A program made the position numbers and the translations under genes. The notes under the pieces are model-generated. The model saw only the letters and a list, made by a program, of their open reading frames with translations, ran no database searches and was not told the origin of the DNA. A DNA stretch of 64,000 nt from Octopus bimaculoides (taxonomy: Eukaryota), in NCBI RefSeq assembly GCF_001194135.2, contig NC_068988.1, positions 2,682,690-2,746,689 of the forward strand. Direction: 5' to 3'. Below are positions 23,567 to 37,739 of the stretch, piece after piece; position 1 is the first letter of the stretch, and every line of letters starts with the position of its first letter.

Positions 23567-24859
23567 NNNNNNNNNNNNNNNNNNNNNNNNNNNNNNNNNN
23601 NNNNNNNNNNNNNNNNNNNNNNNNNNNNNNNNNNNNNNNNNNNNNNNNNNNNNNNNNNNNNNNNNNNNNNNNNNNNNNNNNNNNNNNNNNNNNNNNNNNN
23701 NNNNNNNNNNNNNNNNNNNNNNNNNNNNNNNNNNNNNNNNNNNNNNNNNNNNNNNNNNNNNNNNNNNNNNGAGAGAGAGAGAGAGAGAGAGAGGGTTATG
23801 ACTGGATCTACAGGGTGCAGCAACACCTCCTAATTCACCATTCTTTATAAAAGTTTTAGTTGCAAATGCAGGATTTAAGCCAGTCGAAGAAATAATGGTA
23901 ATTGAAAAATAAAAAAACAAACAGAGCATCATGCACATGAAAATACCTTTCACCTAAGTTTATTAGTGCCACACTTATTGCAGTGTAAAATATGGGAAGC
24001 ATTCCTATAGCAACCTGTAAGTGTCAAAACATTACATTGACATTTATTACAAGATATACACTCAATACTCAATATTTCATGAGGAATCAGATCTGAATTT
24101 CTGCAGCATGAAATACTACATTATACTCCTCTGTATTGGGTTACTCTGTGGTCTGATAGCCAAGTCCATTAGAGGAGCTTTCTATGATAGCCATATGATC
24201 CTATGAATCCATGTATTACACTACAAATCTACTCAACAGAATATTTGAGATGTGTATGTTTATGGATTGAACAGATAATAAAATGTGACCCACAGGGAAA
24301 TAGTATTGGGTTTAACATTGGCTAGATCCAGCCAAAAGACCCAAGTATTTTATTAAAGAGGAAATGAAAAATTGTGAAGTTATTATTTTTTAAAGAGCAT
24401 TAGCTATGTAAATGATAGAGATGGCTTCAATTAAGAATGGAAATTATTTCTCAGACACAATTTGGCAAGAACTTATCTCTTTGCCTAAACTACTTAAAAT
24501 AATGTAGAAATATTTTAATAACTCTCACTTGTGAAAACATGATATTGGATAATATTGAATAAATATAAATGAATGCATTGAACAGTTATGGGAATAATTA
24601 AATTTGTTTAAAGCAATAACATATTTTATCTACCAAATATAAGAGACATATAGTAGTTTATGAGTCTAATCACTACTACACATAGACTTGCAATTTAAAG
24701 CACATCGAATTTCTGATTCCATAAGTTATTTGTCTAAACCAAAACAATAAAGATAAAACACCAGAACCAAGCCCTAGGTCTCAGTTCTTCATCCAGGTCC
24801 CTTTTAACCCACTCCAGAACTATACCATTATTACACCAATGGTGTACTAGTGTCACTTC

Positions 24860-25254
24860 TCTCATTCAAGAATGATGTAACACCTTCAACCTTTCCCTAG
24901 AATTAACAGGCAACACCCTCACCACATCTCTTAACTTTCTGGACATCTTCATTTGCAATGTTTATCCCTGTATTACCATTTCTTCCTCTGAGACCCACTT
25001 CCATCTCAGTTTCACCTCATCACATTCCATTAATACCTACTTCCAATTCTGTAGGCAATGACTATAATTTCAGGAATCAATCTCAAAACCTACCACATCA
25101 CATGATTCAGTTGGCAACATTCCTCTTCATGCCAACTGGTAGCACTTGTAGGTGCAAGTTGTTTGCAAAGCATTTTCTGCAACATCTAGAAGTATTCAAA
25201 CACCATTTCCAAATGACGAATTATTCATCCGTCTCTGCAACATTATTATTATTG

Positions 25255-25308
<54 letters not shown>

Positions 25309-26250
25309 GATTATTATTATTATTATTATTANNNNNNNNNNTATTATTATTATTATTATTCAGGTCTCTGCTTTGAATCGAACTCGGAATCTTGGGGTTA
25401 GTAGCCCGCACTCTTAACCACTACGCCATGCCCATGGACATATGGACATATTATCTTTTGTTTAAACATCTTGCATGTGAAGCTGACGTTTATATTCAAT
25501 CAGCTTCTTTCATTATTTTGCACTGTCTTTGCACTGTCTCCATGACTATTTGTACAGTTTTTGGACTAGAGATTTACCAGTCTCTTGAGACAAAAACCTT
25601 CAGACATGACTGGTATGAGAATTTCCTTATGTTACCTGTATATTTGTGGCATCTGTCTCTCAATTTTGCAATCAGCTCATCAGTCCAAATTCTTTCAACT
25701 CTGCTGTGCTCCAAATTTACTGAATGACACCAATACTCTCTCTATTGCATATTAATTGACCTCCATGTTATTAATTCTAATGGCACTCACTTCTATGAAA
25801 ACAATGCTACATTTCATTCCTTAATCTTCCATGTATGGTATCATCAAAACTCTTTTAACACATGGGAGAATAGCAGACATGCTTCCATAAACTAACCTTA
25901 CTCACATCCTCTCACAGCAAATGATGTCTACCTGAAACAGCACCGATATTCTACAACTCTTTCAATCTTAATGAAAAAGTGTTGTCAGTTGTGTACCAAA
26001 CAATTTCTCTCTAAGCTTGAAGAGTACCCAATAAAACTTGAAAAAGCTACCATAAATGTATTCCTTGATGCTTCATAATGGTTTCTCATGCTGTGCTTGT
26101 ATTTGTGACAGTGGCAATTCACTATCCCAAATAAGAGGTGTTGTCATAAAGGCCACAAAATACTTCAGCCTTGAATTACTGCTGCTTCTTCCAAGTTCCA
26201 TTTCAATCCCTCCCACTGTCTCCCTCTTGTCTCCCTTACTTTGAGACCCC
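24860..26250 (+). mobile_element. Highly degraded Penelope-like element (RT C-terminus to GIY-YIG end), interrupted by a SINE
   Basis: TTSLNFLDIFI...SSETHFHLSFTSSHSINTYFQFCR (24921-25065) resembles the PLE RT pattern FLD...YLHFSSSHP...YSQFLR; HFLQHLEVFKHHFQMTNYS follows; KILQP near 26160 resembles the PLE terminal TLQP.GLN motif. Confidence 0.5.
25244..25436 (-). mobile_element. tRNA-headed element with internal (AAT)n, same family as 40889-41133
   Basis: A box TGGCGTAGTGG (25428-25418) and B box GTTCGATTC (25383-25375), followed by a long (AAT)n. Confidence 0.8.
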
Positions 26251-27058
26251 ATTCTAGAAACACACCTAACCGTTCCCCACCAAAACTATGACCATTCCGG
26301 TATTCCTTCTCCACACATAGTTTTCCTGCAGATCAGACGTCAACGTACAGAAGTTCAACCCCGTCTGTTCCACCAGCCCATAAGGCCCAGCAAAACACCT
26401 ACAGCATTGCTTTTACTTCTAACTAATAAAAAGAAAATTCAGTTGACAGCCCCAAACACCGAAATTGCTAAACTGAGTCAAATTAAATGAATGACAGATG
26501 AAATATTTTTTTTCTTTTCATTCGAGATGACCTTTTCTTTTTCTTTTTCTTATATTTAAGACCGAAATAGACATAATTTTTTTTATGTTGATTTACATTA
26601 AGATAAACATTTCCTGTTTATAATAGAAATTCTCCCTGAGGAGTTATAAAAGAGAAAATATTTGGTGTATTCTATTCAGATCTACATTTATTTGATTTAT
26701 TTTATATTTCGTTGCTTTGTGAAACTATGTCTATGGCTTTTTTATGAAGTAATAAAGATGGCTATATGGTAAAATAGATGGAATTGGTAAGCATATAATG
26801 GCCTATGATGGAATTCATTATTATTATTACCACCATCATTATTATTTGTATATTGTCTGCTTAATTTGCACTGATAATAAGCTCATTAGTGTTTTATACA
26901 TTGATCAACTAGTTTTGGCATAAAGATTATTTTATTAATCAGGAAAATTGTTTTTCTATGGTTTTTGATGATATTGTGTAAACCCATGAAGGCTTTGAGA
27001 CATCATCGTAGAATTCATCTTTATGTTGTGTTATAAAAGAGGGCTATTATTGTTGCAG

Positions 27059-27268
27059 TAAAGATTATTTGCTAACATAAGATGGCTGTGCTGGTTTAGG
27101 CTGAATGTTGCTGTAATTTAGAGAGAGGGGGTGCTAGATTCCCTTGTTCGAAATTATAAGGACAGATTGTGTCATATAGCCAGTTGGAGATGATGTCTCC
27201 TGGGGCTAAATTACAGTAACATTCGTCCTAAACCAGGACTGCCATGTTATGTTGGAAAACAATCTTTA
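27059..27268. mobile_element. MITE with ~63-bp terminal inverted repeats
   Basis: 27059-27121 versus revcomp of 27206-27268 match at about 53 of 63 positions; both ends are TA. Confidence 0.75.
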
Positions 27269-28127
27269 CTCCAAAGTACTGTTGTTGAATATCGCTCGTT
27301 GTCAGATTTACAAATAGTAATTTTCTAGGCTATTATTGTTGTTTAGCTCCAAGTTATCCCAGTGTGAGCGAAGCGTTGATGAAGTGCATTCCAGCCATGA
27401 CCATCTTCATCTATTTTTTGTATTGCCAGGGTTAATTTTGCCAATGTGCAGTTACATATTTAAGGCAGGGTCTGAGTTGGGAAAGATTTGTGTGATAGTT
27501 TTTGATTTTCTAGCAACCACTTAGAAGTTCCTTCATTGCTCAAGAAAGGGTTCACTTTAGAGATGTCCCCTTGTATTTTCTTTTTTTTTTAGGTGAAAAT
27601 CCTTAAACTTAAGACTAATAAAACAATAAAACAGCCATCAATTATAAACTGTACAATAGAGACTCCATCCAGTACTTGTAACCGAAATCAAGAAGACAGG
27701 TACCAATGTACCCACAGAAACTCCAAAATTAATTTGTAAACTTATAATGCTGGAAGTCTATAGAGAGCGATGGAACATATAATTTCTTCTGATATTGTAC
27801 TTTTTCTAAAATATGATTTTTGACTTGGAGTATAGGCGCTGTTTTAGGATGGAACATCCTTGAAAACTATATTCTTTGTTATACACTTGTGAGCTCTTCT
27901 AAATATAGAGTTGTTATCCTTTTATATTTGCATAGAGTAATTAGCAATCTTAAGTATGGGACAAACCTGAAGACATAATCAGCGTGTAGTATTATTCTAC
28001 TATGGTCCAACTATTCATAATATAATGTATAACAAAGCAGGCATATACTTGGGCTTAAACCTACAGTTATGATGGATAAAGTGAAGTAGTTTTCCAGCAT
28101 AACTATGGATTATAAAAAAAATTATCA

Positions 28128-28158
<31 letters not shown>

Positions 28159-28512
28159 NNNNNNNNNNNNNNNNNNNNNNNNNNNNNNNNNNNNNNNNNN
28201 NNNNNNNNNNNNNNNNNNNNNNNNNNNNNNNNNNNNNNNNNNNNNNNNNNNNNNNNNNNNNNNNNNNNNNNNNNNNNNNNNNNNNNNNNNNNNNNNNNNN
28301 NNNNNNNNNNNNNNNNNNNNNNNNNNNNNNNNNNNNNNNNNNNNNNNTATACATATATATATTAAGTGTAGGATAGATAATGAATTCGATTTTCTTCAAT
28401 AGTTATGGGCCAAAATACATACATAAACTGTAGCAGAATAATAATTTTAGAGATTTGATAGGGAGTCAATAGAAAAACATGAAATACACTTTGCCTTTCA
28501 TAGTCTGTTATA

Positions 28513-28570
<58 letters not shown>

Positions 28571-29090
28571 GTAAATCCCCAAATACCCAACAGTATGTAG
28601 CTTCTTCCCTCTAAGAAGTTCAAATTCACCCAGTGACTGACATCAATGCCCTCTATTAAGTTCAATTCATTGATTAATGTCATCCTCTGTAAAACTGTGG
28701 CCTTATGTTAATGTTTGAATAATTAGTAAAATTACTGGACTGAAGTGCATAATTCTTAGTGGTATTGTGTACCTTATGTTATGAGTTCAAATCCTATCAA
28801 AATTGACTTTGTTTTCCTTCCTTCTTGGGATTTATAAACTAGTCAAGTACTGCAGGTCAGTCTAATTGACTTTTTTTTCTCTAAAATGTAAAACTTTGTG
28901 CATATTTTAGCGATCAATATTTGATGAATATTTATATATTCCTGATTAAACAGATTTCCTACTTTCATTTCTGTATATCTGATCATTTAACTAAACATCT
29001 GAGTTAGTTACCATTCAGAAGAGAGTCATTTTTTTTTTTCAGCTCAAATACATAAAACAGATTGAAAATTAGTGTAAGTTAGTGAAGCAT

Positions 29091-29127
<37 letters not shown>

Positions 29128-29989
29128 ATTATGTATGAAGGTTGTATATTAGGCTGAAGAGTGGTTGGAAGATGTGGGGAGAGTGACTGGACACAGAGGA
29201 TGATAGTAAAGAATGAAAGGTTACAATAGAAAATAACAAAGGAATAAATAAGATGAGCTAATGGAGCTTAACTTACAAGAATCTATTGAATCTATTTGAG
29301 TATGTTACAATATTATTTAATCTATTGTTAATTTGTCTGGACTTTCTATCTCTCTTTTTCCCCTAACTTGGTTAAATTTTATGAGAATCGTAGTACCAAC
29401 ACAGATCTATAACATGGAGATGGTTAGGAAAACGATTTAGTTAATTGAATTTTAAATTGGAAAAACGTTTGCCTGTCCATTATAAGGTATATGATACATT
29501 ATATTGTTAAACTTCAATCTAATGGTTAATATTAATCCAATATAATATATGCATATATATAAATTGTTATATGCCTTGAGTCCAAGTCATAACAATCAGC
29601 TTATTTCTGACAAATTCTTCAGATCAGTTTTCCTTACAATTCTAAACTAATGACTTTCCGCAAAATTTGACTTCAACTGCTTAAACAGTACGGATCTCAG
29701 TACAGATCTTTTCCATTTGAAGCACATATTTTTTAATTGATTTTTTTTTACTAAACACTTTGAAACTTCGGATACTGGTTGAATGTGTCATGTAGAATAG
29801 GGTTTACTCATAACGTTTTTGACAAAATTGTGTATTTTAGAAGTTATTTCCTGTTAAAGTTGTCGTATTAGGGTAATTTTAACCAATCAATCACGTGTAT
29901 TCAACTGAAGAAAGTTATTGCTGCTGTTTGCAAACAACAACTTCTGGCTCATTATTTATGCAAAATTATTACTGAGACAGACCAGATCG

Positions 29990-30232
29990 GGCGTTGTGTG
30001 TGTTTATTGAGCAAAAACACCTAAAGCTCCACAAGGCTCCGGAAAGGGGTGGTGGCGACCCCTGTTGTACTCTTTTACCCCAGCATTTTTCTCACTCTTT
30101 CTTCTTGTTTCTTGAGTAATGCTGCGATGGACTGGCGTCCTGTTCAGCTGGTGGGGGGGAACACATACGCCATAGAAACCGGGAAACCAGGCCCATGAGC
30201 CTGGCTAGGCTTTGAAAGGGCACATAAATAAA
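29990..30232 (+). mobile_element. SINE with V-domain-like GATGGACTGGCGTCCTGT motif; related reverse copy at ~42740-43025
   Basis: TTGAGCAAAAACACCTAAAGCTCCAC...CTGCGATGGACTGGCGTCCTG...CCCATGAGCCTGGCTAGG; 42740-43025 shows the complementary motifs plus a tRNA head. Confidence 0.65.
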
Positions 30233-30899
30233 TAGAATATAATTATATATACATATATATGTGTGTATGTATGTGTGTGTATGAATATATACAGACACAG
30301 AGATCTATCAACAGTTGGATAGACAGATAGACGGGTAATTACATATTGAAAACACCTCTATATTCAAGTTTGGCAATTATTTTTTATTAAAGACTGTATT
30401 TTTTTCCTATTAGTCCTCTAAGTTTGGCTTTAAAAATCAATGTTCCTTCATCCATAAGGCTACCACTTTGAAACCTTCACAATCTCATTTTAAAAATAAA
30501 CTGTTGTAATGATGTGTAGGTTGTGCATTCGGCAGTAAGTAAGAAAAAGTTTGGGAAATAGCTTTATAACTAATAAAATCATCAATGCTGGATATAAAAT
30601 GATATAACAGTAGATCTTGATAGGTTTTATGATAACCTGAGTCATTTGTTGCTGATTTGTAGATATTCAGGTTTGGTCCATTGATCTATTGTTAAAGTTG
30701 TTCCAGCTGTGGCCATCCTGTCTTATTGAGACACAGAGTATTTATGACTATGTCATCTAACACTTTCTTCTTTCAAGATGTTAGCATGTGATATGACAGA
30801 AATTTGGCTGCTATCTCTGGCAATCAGTTAACCACAAGGAAGTCCTTTCATTATCTTGCACATCATTATATAAAGATAAAGGTAAACAGTATTTTATAT

Positions 30900-31130
30900 T
30901 GGTGTGTATACCAAGTGACCATATTCTATCTGATATGTTTAACTCTAGCTTTTCAGTTTCACCATTCCTGAAGAACACATGCAACACGTTGAATCTATCC
31001 AGAAACCCAAACTGAACCAAAGTCTTCATCCTTCAGATGTCTGTAGTTACCATGATTTAAGTATCCTTCACAATTGTAATATTCTTTTAGTGTGCGATAT
31101 GTGAGCAATTTAAGTGTATATTTAATGAAC
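30900..31130 (+). mobile_element. Possible degraded LINE (CR1/Jockey-like) 3' coding remnant
   Basis: HMQHVESIQKPKLNQSLHPSDVCSYHDLSIL is loosely similar to the LESVQRRATK...LSY.ERL region; weak. Confidence 0.3.
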
Positions 31131-32284
31131 AAAGAAAATGTATGGTAATCTTTTTCAGCTGATGCTTTCTCACTGATGATAAGTCTCCAAGAGAATCGGC
31201 AGACATACACGCATACACACATAGCGCAGCATACATGCATGCATGCACTATAGATTGTCAGAACTCAGTGAAGTAATGCTTCATGTGTAATACATTTCAT
31301 GCTTGCAGGCAGAATAAATTATGTCTGAAGCCATGCAGTAGATAAAATAGAAATCTTAGTGGCTGAGTCTAATCAATTATTTAGAACTGGTCATAGAACA
31401 CAATGCTTATTTTGGCTGATAAAGCTGTAATTATCTTTAGCAGATGCATTGAAATCATCTGAGGTTTCAATGCGTTTTTAACGACAAATCTCCATCACTT
31501 ATCATTCCTTCCACACTGTACACCTTACCAGACACCACACAGAAATTTGGCTACATCTCTAATTTAGAACTGGATTGGATTAACTCTTTATTCACGATTC
31601 TCCATTTCTAGTTTGAAAGCAAGAGAAATTTGTCTTGTTGCTTCTATCAAAACTCTTATCTTATTCTCTCATATATGCTTTATCTGAAGACAAGTTTGGT
31701 CTGTGCCTAATAGAATTCTATGTTACTCATGAGTTCGGAATTAAAGATAGAACACCAGATTATTTTGTATAAATTTATTTTAGCTGTTGTTGTTGTTGTT
31801 GTAGCTGTTATTGTTGCTATAGTTGTTGTAATATTAGTCGATATATATTTATAAAAATAAATTTCAATAGAATATTGCTCTGCACATGCATTATGCATTC
31901 CTGAATAATTTAGAGAGGGTACAGAGTTCTCCAGAAAATATCGTATTAGAAGTTATATTGCTGTATAAAAATACATCCATTCTCACCTTAGCTCTGATGG
32001 TTGAAATAAACTAAGGAAATGAAGAAATTTCTGGAAGAAGTTTACATGAAGGCTAAAAGTAAAGTAATAACTAACAGTTGTTAAATAAAGAACTCTCCAC
32101 TTCTGTCTGGGAGAGTTCTTTGTTAATTTTGGTGATGAAGATTCAGTTGTTTAATCAACTCACTGAAATACTGTAAAAGTGGCTGTGTATTCCACAGACA
32201 TATGTAGCCTTCATTAGTATGATGCAGTGTTTCGGATCAATTGCTGGACGTGTTCCATCGATGCTGCCTAAATTCAGTCCTGGT

Positions 32285-32485
32285 CATCTCTTACAGAAGA
32301 AAGTAAGAAACAAAGAGGTTATGAGAAGAGCAGGCAGGAAAAGTTTGCAGGACATGGTGATTAATCTGAGGATGTTGTTAACTGGCCATGTTCTTTGATT
32401 GCTCCAGGAAAGACCTGATACCATCACGATGGAGTGGACACCGGAAGGAGGAAGAAAGAGTGAATGGAAGACCAAGGGTAATATA
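32285..32485 (+). mobile_element. RTE-clade LINE C-terminal fragment
   Basis: VRNKEVMRRAGRKSLQDMVINLRMLLTGHVL*LLQERPDTITMEWTPEGGRK then RVNGRPR matches the RTE pattern N.EV..RA...GHV.R...W.P.G.R..GRP. Confidence 0.7.
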
Positions 32486-34399
32486 CAGACAGACAAATAA
32501 ATAGATGGGGAGATGAGGTGGGGTGGGCGAAAGAGGGATTATGAGGGAACAGCTGAGTATATAAAGGAGGGGTCAAATTAGATGTATTCCTGCTTCCAGT
32601 TCGGAGAAACAGGAAATGTTTTGGCAGAAGCAGATATGGCTGTGATGATTAGAACTCATTGATTTTATAACACTGAAGAGAATGTCTCTTTGGACTCAGA
32701 TGAATGGTCATCTGGTGGATTGTCTTGAATGTTTACATATGTAGCAGCAACTATAACAACAGCAGCTGAGCATCATAGATATATAAATAGTTGGTCATAC
32801 TTGAGTTTCATAGAAAGCCATTGATATAATCAAAAGTCAAGTATTTTGTAACCATTTAGTTGTGTGCAGGACTTTAGTTCAAGCACAGGGAGAATGTGAT
32901 CAAACCTGCTGTTTGTTGTTTAGCTCTAAGTTAGCTTTAGCCTATGGTCAAAGCTATTCCGGACACATCGTTCCATTACTTTATTGTATATTGTAAGGAA
33001 AGGGTTAATGGATTTAGGGAGGAATGTTACTTGACAGGGTGCTTAACTTGGAGATTAGGGAGTCTGTCCAAGTTGAAGCATAATTTCTCATGTTGCGAGG
33101 TCATAGGTCTGGTAATGTGGAAATGTGATTAGAATTTTACAGTAAAGAATCACAAGATGGATTCTTCAAGCTGAAACAACTGGATGAAGACCTAGAGTTA
33201 GACTACAAGAGAGATGGTTGAATAATACCATAGTCCCAGCAGGTAACACTTGAGAATCCTGTCAGAAAGTGCAACAACGGATGCTTGTGATTGGATCTTA
33301 TGAAGTGGGTACCTATGGATTCTACTCTCATCACCATCATCAAGAAAAGTGGATGGTTGGATGGAATGACTTTGCAGAAGCTTCTTTATTGACCACTGGG
33401 TGAGTGATCAAAAAACATTTCCTTGTTATTTCTGTGGAGCATGTCTTTGTGCTGTTACTCAGAAGTTTAGATTACCATGAGCTCAGTGAAGGATGTCTTT
33501 GAGGCCATACCTGTTGGACTCAGTGCCAGTCTAGAGTAAGTTGCATGTGGTTGGTTTATAGATGGCACATGTGTGAAGAAAGGTGAATGGGAATGTTGCA
33601 TGAGGTCATATGTCTAGGTGCATGTGAGATTAGAAGTAACATTTATTACTGTATATCGAAAAGATTGTGTGTGGGGACATAATTGAACATTAGGCTTAAG
33701 AAAATCTGAGTTATAATGAGTTCTGTACATCTACATTGTGATTGGCACTGTTCCTTCCAAACTTTACCCATGTGAATACACATTCATGTTTTACTAATGA
33801 CAAGACATAAATGTGTAAAGAAAAGGTAAGCACTCTAAAATATTGTGGGAATTAATGATTATATTTTATTGGAAATAACCTTTTAACTGAGTGTTTCTAT
33901 TAATCAGTTAATCAGTTTTTCAATGATCCCATTTTCACATTATTAATTTACATCAAGTCACCTTTCTTGTTCCAGCTTGTGCCAGTAGCCACATGGTCAA
34001 ACCATGTTTAGTTCACTGGATCTATATCATAAAGATTGAAAATATCTGTTTCAAATTCTGTAAATGACTTTCATAGATTTTATTAATAAGCAAACAAAAA
34101 GATCACTGTGTCAGAAACAAAAGAAGTGAAAATTGCAAAAGAACTGCAAGTTTCTTTAAAGTTGAATAACTTAACGAAATAGCAGAAAGTGCTGCGCCAA
34201 ATGCTCCTGAAATCATGGATGTTCAGCTGCAAGAAATATTTGTGTCTGATTCATGATCTGAAGTTATCTGTTAACATAATCAGAATGTAAAAGTTGTTAA
34301 AGAGTTCTATGGAGGAAAGGGGTGGGATGAAATCTGGAAATTTTACTGTTTTTTTTTTAAAGTTTTCATTTGGCAAATTTATTGCATTTGGATAGTGTT

Positions 34400-35900
34400 G
34401 AGAAGCTCAGGTAAAAGAACTCATCATTCCCTGATACAGGAGTGCTATGTAGGTTACATGAAAGTGCAAATCAATGAGAATAAGAATGATCAGAAGTGGA
34501 AGATATAAAATTTCTTACCAACAATGTGTTGGTAGTCATTGAAACAAATAACATTTTATATCAGTTCAACTCTTTAATCAACATATGGTAGAATTCCCAG
34601 ATAGCTGGCAAAGCAAAAATTCAGTATTTGAATTATTTCTGTAGATTATCAAGCATATTGTTCTGAAAGACATGATTGAAGAAATAACTTCAACAGATTT
34701 TCACAAATTATCTGTTGATGAAACCACAGACATGTCTGTCAACATACATCTCCACCTCTACTTCAAAAGTCACATTTAAACATTGTATTATTCTTTTTGT
34801 TCAAAATACTTCAGCTGCAGACATTCGCTTCTATTTTAGCAATCAAGTTGTTTTACAAAGAGAAGAAACTTGTTCTTCATAAACTTGTGATGTTTACATT
34901 TGATGGTGCATTACTAATGTTGGGCAGAATCAATGTTGCCACAATAATACCGAAACAGGATATTTTACATGCTAATCATCTGTGTATCCCACTGAAGATC
35001 TGTGGATTTGTGTTGCATGGATAGAAGTCGAGTTAATAAGAGACTTTGAAACTTTAATGAGATCAATCTATTATGTGTTTCCTTGATGCGAAAGTAAAGA
35101 ATGACTAGTTACAAACATTGTAGAGGCTACTGTAAATGAAACTCTTGCTTTCAAACCATTTAATGAAGTCAGATGGTTATCTAGATAGATTGCATGTATT
35201 TCAGGTAACAATAAAAAGATTATGAAGCTCTAATCACTTGCTTTGAAGAAGGTATGTAAAATGAACCTGTTGCTAAATACTCACACAACAAATTGAAAAA
35301 TGTCACATGCAAAATAACTTTCCAGGTTTTAAGTAATGTTTGTTTGAAGAACTAACTACACTGTTGGATTCTGCAAGAAGAGAATTCCTGACAAAAATAA
35401 GTTCTTTGTTTTGTGAGACAAAAAGGCAAAAGTTTAACTAAATCAAATCTGTGAAGTGAACTTAACAATAAAATAATGTCACTGCTGACTTTTAGAGATC
35501 ATCTTTGTGTGGTTTTGGAAGAAAGATGTCTTGAAGATGGGACACAAGAATGGCCAGCTTTCAATTCCTTCCCTATTGCAAACTGTGGCTTTTTTCTGAT
35601 GAAGATACCATAATAGGTAGCTTAAGGAATCAAACTTTTCCATGTAAGAAATAAATTAAACACAAAACAGTGGAATTTGTATTTCAAAATGAACAGGTTT
35701 GCATCTTTTGCTAAGTTGATGGATATTGAAAGAAGTTTATGTGCATCTTGTGCAGACTATGGGGAAGGTTTTAATCAAATTGTTGACTCAGTGATAAGGT
35801 AAATGCAAAAACTGTTTAGGCGAATGTTATATGGATATGCTAGTGAGAATCAAAAACTATCAGTTGAAGAAAAGTTCTATTTGTTTAGATGACGTTTACA
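34400..35900 (+). pseudogene. Fossil hAT transposase (ZNF862-like motif set)
   Basis: Ordered motifs across stops and frameshifts: LSVDETTDMS (34708-34737), FTFDGALLMLG (~34893), FKPFNEVRWLSR (~35150-35185), ASCADYGEGF (35743-35772; degenerate S.A..ER.FS dimerisation motif). Confidence 0.75.
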
Positions 35901-37243
35901 AAGAATATTTGGCCAATTTGAACATTAAACATACAGCATATTTGAGTTTGATATGGCTTTTTTAAATGCTAAACTGTTAAATGAGGTTTTTTCTTGTGTA
36001 TAACATTCTTAGAAATATTATCATCAAACAATTTCACATTTGAGCACAAGTGAAATTTCCTTTGCTAATGGAGAGTTCCTAACCTTTTTGCAATGTGGTC
36101 TGTTCACTCAATCTGTTAAAAATAGCAGCCATATCTCCCTCAGATCCCATACTACCATCTTAAATAGTCCTTTTTTTCTTTTGGCATAAGTACCAATGTT
36201 CAACTGGTACTTATTTTATTGGCCCCAAAAGGATGAAAGATGAAGTTGACTTCAGTGAAAGATGACCCCAGAAAGTAATGACAGATGACATGCTGCCAAA
36301 TATCTCGTCTGGCATTGCTAGTGATTCTGCAAACTCACTGCCAATGTTGTAACAACAGTGCCATTAGCATCCAAAAGAATGAAAAGTAGAGTCAACTTCA
36401 GTGAAATTTAAACTCAGAATGTAAAGATGCTTAGTGGCTTTTTGTCTGAAGTGCCAATGATTTTTGCCTTCTTGCTGCCTAACCGTGTTACATAATGAAA
36501 ATGGTGAAACACTCATGGCTTGAACATATTTGTGAGATTAGTAAATGAGAGGTGAATCAGATTTAAACAGCAACAATTGATAACTATGGGAATGTAGACT
36601 GCTGTTTCTTGACTGACCATAAACCTATTGAGATTCATACAGAAGATTTGAACTCATGACCAATGATTGATGAGTTTAATTCTTTGCCCATTTAGTTATT
36701 TCAATTACGGTGACTGGCCATATTGAATTCACAGTTTTAGCAAAATGAGTGTTTTAATAATTATGTACTTCCTAGTAGAATGACAACTGCCTGGAGTGTT
36801 ATTGGTACAATCAGGAACTGAAAACAGACTTCCAGACATAGCTTAGCAGGAGATTATCTTTATTCTAGCATAGTTTCCACTTGGAATCAGATGTGAATAC
36901 TTTTGTGGTTAGTATTCTGTGAACCAGTCTCTGTACATCAAAAATCTTAATGCAAGACATCCTACTAAGCTGGACAATCAAAATCAATTGAAAGTGATAT
37001 CCTCCACACGGAATATGTAAATATATTTATTGTAAAGAAATATAATAAACAGAACATGGACTATTCTTTTGGGGAAAGAGGGAAAAAAATAAAGTATTTT
37101 GTGTGAGATTCGAAATTTCTCCAGTGCAAACCATAGTGGCAAATGGAAAACAAAAATAAGTTGAGAGTGAAACAATAAAAAAATAAAAGTAATGAAAATG
37201 GATATATAACAACGTAAATACACACACACACACACATACACTT

Positions 37244-37274
<31 letters not shown>

Positions 37275-37687
37275 NNNNNNNNNNNNNNNNNNNNNNNNNN
37301 NNNNNNNNNNNNNNNNNNNNNNNNNNNNNNNNNNNNNNNNNNNNNNNNNNNNNNNNNNNNNNNNNNNNNNNNNNNNNNNNNNNNNNNNNNNNNNNNNNNN
37401 NNNNNNNNNNNNNNNNNNNNNNNNNNNNNNNNNNNNNNNNNNNNNNNNNNNNNNNNNNNNNNNNNNNNNNNNNNNNNNNNNNNNNNNNNNNNNNNNNNNN
37501 NNNNNNNNNNNNNNNNNNNNNNNNNNNNNNNNNNNNNNNNNNNNNNNNNNNNNNNNNNNNNNNNNNNNNNNNNNNNNNNNNNNNNNNNNNNNNNNNNNNN
37601 NNNNNNNNNNNNNNNNNNNNNNNNNNNNNNNNNNNNNNNNNNNNNNNNNNNNNNNNNNNNNTGTGTGTGCATCAGTGTGTATGAATA

Positions 37688-37739
<52 letters not shown>

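Noticed and set aside
25370-25436. Apparent tRNA gene (A and B boxes, anticodon loop CTACTAA)
   Set aside because: No convincing acceptor stem, it runs into (AAT)n, and it recurs at 41090-41133 with a deletion; a SINE-type head rather than a tRNA gene.
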